From: a virus
DNA: 15,936 nucleotides
Reading direction: 5' to 3' (one strand)
Virus record (IMG/VR): IMGVR_UViG_3300045988_158671
Span: 1 to 15,936 of that record
Positions within the stretch are counted from its first letter, which is position 1, and every line of letters begins with the position of its first letter. Under the pieces are notes generated by a model that ran no database searches, was not told the origin of the DNA, and saw only the letters and a program-made list of their open reading frames with translations. Of the stretch, positions 1 through 6,019 are shown piece by piece. A program made the position numbers and the translations under genes.

Positions 1-119
1 GACATATCACTACCAATATGTATCACCAATGAAAACAAGCTTTCATAGCACTAACAATAAAATATAAATGTAAGTGCTTTCTGAAAACAGTTTCATGTTG
101 ACTATGCTATCTACTATTG
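1..119. repeat. Left inverted terminal repeat. It is a perfect 119-bp match to the reverse complement of 15818..15936, and an imperfect match extends to about 160.
   Basis: Direct comparison of the window's two ends. They are identical through nt 119, mismatch at 120, then match again over 121-127 and, with mismatches and a 3-nt indel, to about 160. Confidence 0.9.
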
Positions 120-126
120 ATATAAT
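98..126 (+). promoter_or_regulatory. Sigma70-like promoter: TTGACT, 17-nt spacer, TATAAT, with TGn immediately upstream of the -10. It straddles the ITR boundary and faces inward.
   Basis: -35 TTGACT at 98-103, 17-nt spacer, -10 TATAAT at 121-126, TG at 118-119. Confidence 0.55.
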
Positions 127-162
127 ATAAATGTAAATAAGATAAGAAAGTTGGTAAACAAT

Positions 163-315
163 ATGCACACATTAACTTACAACATTCGTTGCGACATTCA
201 TACATACGTTATCACTTGTAGTGATGAAATGGTTGAATTATATATCAATTTATTAAAAGAAAATGATGCTTATCTAATTATGTTAGACAATGTAACAATT
301 TATGGGGGTGCTTAA
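163..315 (+). CDS. Hypothetical acidic microprotein, 50 aa (54 aa from an in-frame TTG at 151). It is a diverged paralogue of the right-terminal ORF 15604..15771.
   Basis: ATG at 163 and TAA at 313-315. The RBS is weak. The protein resembles the right-terminal ORF at about 30-35%, and some aligned codon differences are synonymous (tta/cta Leu, gaa/gag Glu). Confidence 0.35.
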   Translation: MHTLTYNIRCDIHTYVITCSDEMVELYINLLKENDAYLIMLDNVTIYGGA

Positions 316-316
316 A

Positions 317-478
317 ATGAACAATAAAACATGGCAACTAACATACGACCTATTAACAAACGAAGGTGTTGAAAATATTGAAGTACAATTTAGATACTTT
401 GAAACATGTATTATGACTGTAAATAATCTAGGAAAACACTGCCACATAGATAATATCAAAATTTCTCTAATCAAATAA
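317..478 (+). CDS. Hypothetical 53-aa protein (MNNKTWQLTYDLLTNEGVENIEVQF...).
   Basis: ATG at 317 follows GGGGGTG at 304-310 with 6-nt spacing. It sits right after the stop of the upstream ORF (TAAAATG). It falls below the 60-aa ORF-track cutoff. The opposite-strand track ORF 283..474 looks like noise. Confidence 0.45.
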   Translation: MNNKTWQLTYDLLTNEGVENIEVQFRYFETCIMTVNNLGKHCHIDNIKISLIK

Positions 479-489
479 GGAGCACAAAA

Positions 490-621
490 ATGCTAATACT
501 AATACTATTCGGACTTGCTTTAACTATGGTGTGTATTATTGCAACATCACCACTTTACCAATTATTTGCTATTAGTTTAATCATATCAACCTATTTTATT
601 TTATTAGACAAGGAGGAATAA
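490..621 (+). CDS. Hypothetical 43-aa hydrophobic protein, probably with a single transmembrane helix (MLILILFGLALTMVCIIATSPLYQLFAISLIISTYFILLDKEE).
   Basis: AAGGAG at 477-482, then ATG at 490. Almost the whole protein is hydrophobic. Confidence 0.45.
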   Translation: MLILILFGLALTMVCIIATSPLYQLFAISLIISTYFILLDKEE

Positions 622-624
622 ATC

Positions 625-744
625 ATATTAAAACAACACTACTGCCCAATCTGTAGAGTATATGAAATTTTTAATAAAAAAGAAAACAACACCTATAAAT
701 GTATGAAATGTCAAAAGTATACACTTACTATTATGAAACATTGA
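625..744 (+). CDS. Putative zinc-ribbon microprotein of 39 codons (C-P-I-C ... 17 residues ... C-M-K-C). It has no canonical start codon.
   Basis: A perfect AAGGAGG at 610-616 lies just upstream. The frame opens after TAA at 619-621 and runs to TGA at 742-744. The only plausible start is ATA at 625 (ATC at 622). The sole ATG is internal, at 733-735, and a start there would give a 3-aa peptide. Confidence 0.25.
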   Translation: MLKQHYCPICRVYEIFNKKENNTYKCMKCQKYTLTIMKH

Positions 745-749
745 ACCTA

Positions 750-778
750 TTGACATAGTTTCTTTTTTCGTTTATAAT
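750..778 (+). promoter_or_regulatory. Perfect consensus sigma70 promoter (TTGACA, 17 nt, TATAAT) upstream of the structural (late) gene block.
   Basis: TTGACA at 750-755, a 17-nt spacer, TATAAT at 773-778. A leader of about 100 nt follows before the first RBS at 870. Confidence 0.6.
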
Positions 779-883
779 AAAATTATAAAAATTAGTACAA
801 TATTAAACATAATTAAGTAACACATGACGGTATGACTCATAATATTTGTGCTACATTTTTATGTTTTAGAAAGGAGTTTATAA

Positions 884-1066
884 ATGGAAATCAATACAAA
901 AGATGAATTAAAATCAGCTCTAGATGAAATCATGGCACGTCTAGCAGTTATTGAACAATCATCAACAGAAAAAAAAGAAGATGATAAGCCAAAAGAAGAC
1001 AAGCCAAAAGATGAAAAACCTAAAGTTGAATCAGCTGATGAGATTGAAAAACTTCTTAACTCTTAA
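884..1066 (+). CDS. Hypothetical acidic 60-aa protein with a KPKEDKPKDEKPK low-complexity repeat.
   Basis: AAAGGAG RBS 8 nt upstream. First gene after the late promoter. Confidence 0.5.
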   Translation: MEINTKDELKSALDEIMARLAVIEQSSTEKKEDDKPKEDKPKDEKPKVESADEIEKLLNS

Positions 1067-1087
1067 TCTAGAAAGGAAAAATAAAAA

Positions 1088-1384
1088 ATGGCGGTACAAA
1101 CTGAAACAACACAAATCTCTCCACTCAATGAACAATTACAAGAAAAACGTGGTCGGTTAACACAAGTCCAAATCACACAAACTAACGCATACAGCGATTA
1201 TATGAAAGTGATGAAAGCTAAAAATAGTGTTGATGAAAAAGACACTGAAAAAGTAGCAAAACTTGATAAACTAATGTTTGAACACTTCATCACTTATCAA
1301 CACGCACTCGAAGAGGCTCAGAAATTACAATTTGAATTGTCTGAGCTTGAATCTCAAAGCTTCCTCGAAGAGCTACTAGCATAA
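1088..1384 (+). CDS. Putative head scaffolding protein, 98 aa, predicted helical and coiled-coil.
   Basis: Same length, position (just upstream of the capsid gene) and helical character as the phi29 gp7 scaffold. RBS is AAAGGAA. No sequence-level match was confirmed. Confidence 0.4.
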   Translation: MAVQTETTQISPLNEQLQEKRGRLTQVQITQTNAYSDYMKVMKAKNSVDEKDTEKVAKLDKLMFEHFITYQHALEEAQKLQFELSELESQSFLEELLA

Positions 1385-1404
1385 ATAAAGAAAGGAAAAC
1401 AATC

Positions 1405-1566
1405 ATGGAACCAATTGAAGGAACTTCAAAAACATTTAATTCAGGCGGAGACTTTGGTTATGAAAAACTTTCAAAAGCCAATGAATTGAATGAATCAATG
1501 TCAATCGCTCCTCAAGGGCGTGACGCTTACGAATCAAAACTATTTAACATCGGAGGTACTAACTAA
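1405..1566 (+). CDS. Hypothetical 53-aa protein (MEPIEGTSKTFNSGGDFGYEKLSKANELNESMSIAPQGRDAYESKLFNIGGTN).
   Basis: RBS AAAGGAAAA, ATG at 1405. Its stop overlaps the capsid start (TAATG). Below the ORF-track cutoff. Confidence 0.4.
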   Translation: MEPIEGTSKTFNSGGDFGYEKLSKANELNESMSIAPQGRDAYESKLFNIGGTN

Positions 1567-2726
1567 TGGCGGACGCACTATCACAAGCCGTCCAAGCTTC
1601 CCTAATCACACATAACAGTGAAACTGGTCACGCTTGGACTTTCGGCACTAACTGGGACAATCAAGGGAAAGAATTTGAAACTTACGTTAATAAATACCTT
1701 TTCCCTAAATTAAACGAAACCCTTATCATTGAATCAATTCTTGGAAATCGTTTCAACTGGTTAGCAAAAGAGGTTGATTTTATCGGACAATATTCTGAAG
1801 AATATGTTATTTTGGACAGTGTACCTATTGAACTTGACCTATCTAAGAATGCCGAACTTATGCTCAAACGAAACTATCCTAAGATGGCTACAAAACTTTA
1901 TGGTCAAGGAATTCTAAAAAAACTCAAATTCACACTAAACAATAATGATACTCGCCTAAACTTCCTTACTATCGGTGATGCTATCACTTACGCTGTATCA
2001 GTTTACCGTAAGAAAATCACAGATATCAACGTAGCCGAAGAGGCAGAGGTGAAAGCCATGCTTGTTGATTATGGACTTAATCACGTTGCTGACAAACGTA
2101 CCGTAACAAGTATTGAAGAATTATTTGAAACACTTTCAGAAGCTATTCTTAACCTCCAAAACAACAGCGCAAAACATAATGAAGCCTCTACCGCTTCAGG
2201 TGGTGCCCTAGGTCGTTTCACTACTAACTCTAAATTATCAGACATGATTATCATCACAACTGACAAAGTTAAACGCTACCTTTTGAACACTTTCCTTGCT
2301 AACACTTTTCACGCTGAGGGAATTGATTTGTCAAAAATCATTATCTCGTTTGATGACTTGGGAGGTGCTTACAGAACAACAGCTGACATTCAAGTCACAC
2401 AACCAATTCTTAACAAGCTACAACTTTTCGGTGATTATCAAGTCCAAGTGGGAGACACAATCCCTAAAGGATATGTATTCACATATAATGTATCAGACGT
2501 TATCAAAGAAAACATTGAAGAAATCAAACCACAATCAGATTTATTTGCTATGGTGCTTGATTCACGTGCAATCCGTTACAAAAGATACACTAAAGGAATG
2601 CTTAAACAACCATTTTATAACGGTGAATTTGATGAAGTGACTTACTGGATTCACTATTATTCATTTAAAGCAATCTCACCATTTTATAACAAGGTTGTTA
2701 TTAAAGGCGCATTTAAAAGCGAATAG
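1566..2726 (+). CDS. Major capsid (head) protein, 386 aa.
   Basis: The largest ORF after the scaffold. GGAGGT RBS. Followed by a strong intrinsic terminator, as expected for the most abundant structural protein. The position matches phi29 gp8. The call rests on synteny and size only. Confidence 0.6.
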   Translation: MADALSQAVQASLITHNSETGHAWTFGTNWDNQGKEFETYVNKYLFPKLNETLIIESILGNRFNWLAKEVDFIGQYSEEYVILDSVPIELDLSKNAELMLKRNYPKMATKLYGQGILKKLKFTLNNNDTRLNFLTIGDAITYAVSVYRKKITDINVAEEAEVKAMLVDYGLNHVADKRTVTSIEELFETLSEAILNLQNNSAKHNEASTASGGALGRFTTNSKLSDMIIITTDKVKRYLLNTFLANTFHAEGIDLSKIIISFDDLGGAYRTTADIQVTQPILNKLQLFGDYQVQVGDTIPKGYVFTYNVSDVIKENIEEIKPQSDLFAMVLDSRAIRYKRYTKGMLKQPFYNGEFDEVTYWIHYYSFKAISPFYNKVVIKGAFKSE

Positions 2727-2733
2727 CCAAGTC

Positions 2734-2763
2734 GCATGGGTTCGCCCATGCTTTTATTTTTTT
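2734..2763 (+). terminator. Rho-independent terminator: GCATGGG-UUCG-CCCATGC followed by a U-run.
   Basis: A 7-bp GC-rich stem, a UUCG tetraloop and then TTTTATTTTTTT. It starts 8 nt after the capsid stop. Confidence 0.8.
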
Positions 2764-2777
2764 AAGAAAGGAGTATC

Positions 2778-3740
2778 ATGAGTCACTTTTATTCAAATAT
2801 TGAACAAACCTTATCCGAAAAGGTCAAAATGAGGGTAGTATCACAAAGAAATAACTTTTTTAATTTCTTTCGTAACAGATACATTGAATTTTTACCATCA
2901 GTCATTTCCTATGAGGGTTTTAATGATAAAAATGTTTTAATTGACCCAATTCAAATGGAAATTTGGCTTAGACAGGGTTACGGTGTTGCCATTGGTCAAA
3001 CTAAAAAAGGTACAATGATTTTAGGCACTGTTAATCAATCTAATACACTGTCAAACATTCAAACTTACGGGACTAGACCTCTTACAGGTCATGATATTAA
3101 TTTTTTTATCTCAAACAAAATTAAAGAGAAATTTTATAAAGAAATAACTTACCACGACGGCTATGAAACAGGTAACTTTGTCGTATTATGGAACAAGCCA
3201 ATCCAGCTAACCAATGACTTTAATATCATTGAAACTTATTCAGAACGTATCGCAGAGATTGCTATGTCACGTTTTAGCATTTATATGCAAGCTAAAATAT
3301 CTACTATTATACGTGGGGAATCCAATGATGAGGACATTGAACAAATCTCGCAAGACATCTATAACGGTGCCCCATTTATCAAAACAACAAAATTCTTTGA
3401 CCCAGATGAAAACATTTTATCAATCAACGAGGGGCAAGGCCTTATCAGTGCTTTACCTGAGCTAAAACGTGAATACCAAAATAATATTGCTGAGCTTAAT
3501 AACATTTTGGGGCTTACTTCTCTTGCTGTTGATAAGGAAAGCGGTGTATCACAATCAGAAGCTGAAAGCAACAAAGCTTACCAAAAAGCGAACGCTGGTA
3601 TTTACTTACAAGCAAGAAATGAAAAGTTATCACATTATAATGATAAATTCAAAACAAAATTAAAAGCAAGCTTTAGAGATGAAATAGCCTCAGAACTTTC
3701 TAGCCTTGAAAAAGTACAAATTCTTGACGGAGGTATTTAA
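2778..3740 (+). CDS. Head-tail connector (portal, upper collar), phi29 gp10-like, 320 aa.
   Basis: Several collinear blocks match the phi29 gp10 sequence as I recall it. Examples are IAEIAMSRF against LAELKEIIS, QDIYNGAPFI against NQYEGNAPVIF, and NNILGLTSLAVDKES against MTFLGIKNANLEKKE. The size matches gp10 (309 aa). AAAGGAG RBS. Confidence 0.7.
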   Translation: MSHFYSNIEQTLSEKVKMRVVSQRNNFFNFFRNRYIEFLPSVISYEGFNDKNVLIDPIQMEIWLRQGYGVAIGQTKKGTMILGTVNQSNTLSNIQTYGTRPLTGHDINFFISNKIKEKFYKEITYHDGYETGNFVVLWNKPIQLTNDFNIIETYSERIAEIAMSRFSIYMQAKISTIIRGESNDEDIEQISQDIYNGAPFIKTTKFFDPDENILSINEGQGLISALPELKREYQNNIAELNNILGLTSLAVDKESGVSQSEAESNKAYQKANAGIYLQARNEKLSHYNDKFKTKLKASFRDEIASELSSLEKVQILDGGI

Positions 3741-4399
3741 TGAAAACAACAACACGACTTTATGATATTATTTACACACATTATAACAATATCTACAGCG
3801 ACTTCTTGCGAGGTAATCAGATTGTTTATTACAATCCTGAATTACAATTTACTCACAAAGTACTTCAATATGACAACGAAGTCAAAACTGTTTGCCGTAA
3901 CACTATCTTTTATGGTCTTGATTTTCTCGAAGAAAAAGTAAGGGACGAATTTGAAACGGAATTCCTAGCTAAATTCTTAACACGCACTATAAAATTTCAA
4001 ACATATGAAACATTTAACTGGCGCTTAGCTAGCTTTATCCGTGGAATAAAAGACGTTATCAATGATTATTACATCAATGGTAAGAAATACTTAAATAATA
4101 AAGTATATACTTATGGAAATTCGGCATCAACTTCAACAGGGTCAACGGTAACTCGTGACAATAATCTTGCCGTTACTTTACCGCAAGATAATACCGATTT
4201 ATCTTTAGATAAAGAAACATACGACTATGCAGACACAACCGCCCACTCGAAATCTAGGGCAACAAATACGTCTGACATTGATAGTATTGATTTTCAAGAG
4301 CAAGAAACTTTTGAAGTTGGACGCATGAGAGAATTGTACACATTTCATAACGACCTATTCAACGACTTGGACAGAATTTTGTTCTCACAAATTTTTTAG
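3740..4399 (+). CDS. Putative lower collar or tail structural protein, 219 aa.
   Basis: Sits immediately downstream of the connector, as gp11 does in phi29. GGAGGT RBS. The start overlaps the connector stop (TAATG). I recognised no motif. Confidence 0.35.
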   Translation: MKTTTRLYDIIYTHYNNIYSDFLRGNQIVYYNPELQFTHKVLQYDNEVKTVCRNTIFYGLDFLEEKVRDEFETEFLAKFLTRTIKFQTYETFNWRLASFIRGIKDVINDYYINGKKYLNNKVYTYGNSASTSTGSTVTRDNNLAVTLPQDNTDLSLDKETYDYADTTAHSKSRATNTSDIDSIDFQEQETFEVGRMRELYTFHNDLFNDLDRILFSQIF

Positions 4400-4416
4400 G
4401 AATGAAAGGAAAACTA

Positions 4417-5253
4417 ATGGAAAATATTAATAAAATCGATTTTGAAGAAAATAAACCATATAATGCCCCTCACTATCCATTTTCTTTGGAGGGTCACTGG
4501 CAACCATGGTATGATGACCGCCGCGACTATAACACTAACGCACCATCATATTATGATTATTTGTCAAACTTTAACCACCTTATCAAGTCAATAGTTGATT
4601 TGTTGAATCGAGTTGCCCGCCGTAATGTCAAAGTTGAGGACACCAACTGTATTGACATGACAAAAATAAATGATTGGATTGACGAGGGAGACCACTGCCA
4701 CACTTGGCATGATGAAATTATTTTAAAAGCTGAAGTTATTTTATCGACTTACCAAAAAGCGCTTGAATTTGACGGTCAAAGCTACAATATTGTAAACGCT
4801 ATTGAATGCTTACCTAGCGGTCTATTTGCGCCAAACTACTTGCCACTTTTGGAGAAACTTCTTGCAAAAATCAATAAAGAAATCCTAGACCGTATCGCTG
4901 CTGATGAAGCTCTTGACAGAAAAATCACGGCAGAAACTAACGCACGTATTGAAGCCGATAACGCTCTAGGTCAACGCATTGACAACGAAACAAGCGCACG
5001 AACAAACGCAAACACCGCATTAAGTAACCGCATCACCGTACTTGAGAACGCACTAACAAAAGTACTAAACGACCTTAAAGGTTCAGGGGCTTGGATTTCA
5101 GGTGATAATGTACTGACTGGTAACATGACTGCTAACCGTCACATTGCAACCGGTAACGTCAACCTATTCACAGGCAAAACAGACGGAAACACATTCATCA
5201 GGACTACAAGCGGAGCTAATGAAAATGATGCCACAATTGGAGCAAGGGGGTAA
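4417..5253 (+). CDS. Tail fibre or appendage protein. It has an N-terminal anchor region and a coiled-coil shaft with repeated NALxxRI/TNARxxA heptads.
   Basis: The repeats ADEALDRKITAETNARIEADNALGQRIDNETSARTNANTALSNRITVLENALTKVLNDLK are typical of phage fibre shafts. ATG 4417 is preferred over the track start at 4402 because AAAGGAAAA lies 3 nt upstream of it. The 4402 ATG is itself part of that RBS. GC rises sharply from about 4480. Confidence 0.5.
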   Translation: MENINKIDFEENKPYNAPHYPFSLEGHWQPWYDDRRDYNTNAPSYYDYLSNFNHLIKSIVDLLNRVARRNVKVEDTNCIDMTKINDWIDEGDHCHTWHDEIILKAEVILSTYQKALEFDGQSYNIVNAIECLPSGLFAPNYLPLLEKLLAKINKEILDRIAADEALDRKITAETNARIEADNALGQRIDNETSARTNANTALSNRITVLENALTKVLNDLKGSGAWISGDNVLTGNMTANRHIATGNVNLFTGKTDGNTFIRTTSGANENDATIGARG

Positions 5254-5258
5254 TATAT

Positions 5259-5960
5259 ATGGCAAATATTCAGTTCAATATTAGACCTGTTATCATACAG
5301 GGTGATAACTTATCAAGGGTGGAATCATCTGATGATTACATTATGATTGAGTATAATAACTATTACCCTGCTGGAAGATTGGTTTCAGTCTATCAAATTG
5401 AGGCGAAGTTGGACCTAGCTAACGTCATTGTTCATGATGACTTATCTGTTTCCTTTGACTATGGTGGTATTCAAGCAGTTAGGGCACATACAACCATGAG
5501 CACAAGTGTTCAGGGTTATAATGTTAATAAGACTTTGTTTAGAGGTAACGATTTATCGGTTGCATGGAATCAAAATTCCGACATTGGAGCAATGTTTGAA
5601 AGTGGATGGGTCAGCGTTGCAACACGACCAAGACAACATTACGTTGTTCCTCCTAATGGGTCAATTTCAATACCTGAAGAGAAAGCCTTTAGCTGGCTCT
5701 TAAAAGCTGTTGTTGCTGACCATTGTGACATATTTGTAGGAGGTACAGTAACAAATATCATCCCAATGTATCAACCTAACGGGCTTAGGAAATCAAACGA
5801 ATGGAAAGCCGTTCAATTTCTTAAGCAGTCTACATGGGTCAGAACTTCCAACAACTGGCTTGACGTAGGAAATGAACGAATAGCCTATATTGGACGTGAT
5901 AACACTGGACAAACAAGGCGCAGACAGTCTGGAGTATGGAAACAAGAGGGAATGTTTTAA
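5259..5960 (+). CDS. Putative distal tail-fibre or receptor-binding protein, 233 aa, beta-rich.
   Basis: Follows the fibre shaft gene with its own RBS (AAGGGGG). It shares the shaft gene's elevated GC of about 43%. I recognised no motif. Confidence 0.35.
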   Translation: MANIQFNIRPVIIQGDNLSRVESSDDYIMIEYNNYYPAGRLVSVYQIEAKLDLANVIVHDDLSVSFDYGGIQAVRAHTTMSTSVQGYNVNKTLFRGNDLSVAWNQNSDIGAMFESGWVSVATRPRQHYVVPPNGSISIPEEKAFSWLLKAVVADHCDIFVGGTVTNIIPMYQPNGLRKSNEWKAVQFLKQSTWVRTSNNWLDVGNERIAYIGRDNTGQTRRRQSGVWKQEGMF

Positions 5961-5967
5961 TTTATAT

Positions 5968-5989
5968 AGCCTGACTTTGTCGGGCTTTT
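5968..5989 (+). terminator. Moderate intrinsic terminator: AGCCUGAC-UUU-GUCGGGCU followed by UUUU.
   Basis: An 8-bp stem with one G-U pair and a 4-T run, just after the 233-aa gene stop. Confidence 0.45.
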
Positions 5990-5990
5990 A

Positions 5991-5999
5991 TGCTATAAT
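5991..5999 (+). promoter_or_regulatory. Extended -10 promoter element (TGcTATAAT) ahead of the tail-knob gene.
   Basis: TGnTATAAT at 5991-5999, 21 nt upstream of the ATG at 6020. No clear -35. Confidence 0.35.
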
Positions 6000-6019
6000 A
6001 GATTAGAAAGGAGTACGAA

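Noticed and set aside
127-316. A possible phi29-like packaging RNA (pRNA) gene just inside the left ITR, transcribed from the ITR promoter.
   Set aside because: The mirror-image region at the right end encodes a peptide that aligns with the left one, and some codon differences are synonymous. That favours paralogous microproteins over a structured RNA. Only one small hairpin (ATCACT-TGT-AGTGAT) is visible.
283-474. The 63-aa - strand ORF in the ORF track.
   Set aside because: It is antisense to a + strand ORF (317..478) that has a strong GGGGGTG RBS. The - strand translation reads as low-complexity noise, has no RBS, and would run against the ITR promoter.
951-1160. A 69-aa lysine-rich + strand ORF that overlaps two called genes.
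   Set aside because: It is an alternative frame of the A-rich region spanning the 60-aa gene and the scaffold gene. It has no RBS, and its composition is an artefact of AAA/AAG runs.
1682-3663. Short ORFs nested in or antisense to the capsid and connector genes (1682..1867-, 2081..2266-, 2296..2640+, 3214..3465+, 3359..3574-, 3469..3663+).
   Set aside because: They lie wholly inside longer ORFs backed by homology, have no ribosome-binding sites, and read as compositionally odd translations.
4402-4416. The ORF-track start (ATG at 4402, MKGKL...) for the fibre gene.
   Set aside because: The AAAGGA in those codons is itself the Shine-Dalgarno for the ATG at 4417. An ATG at 4402 would have essentially no spacing from the upstream AGGA. 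The same pattern appears at the SSB gene (MKGAKH-MALQF) and the DUF3310-like gene (MRRCNI-MLDKQ).
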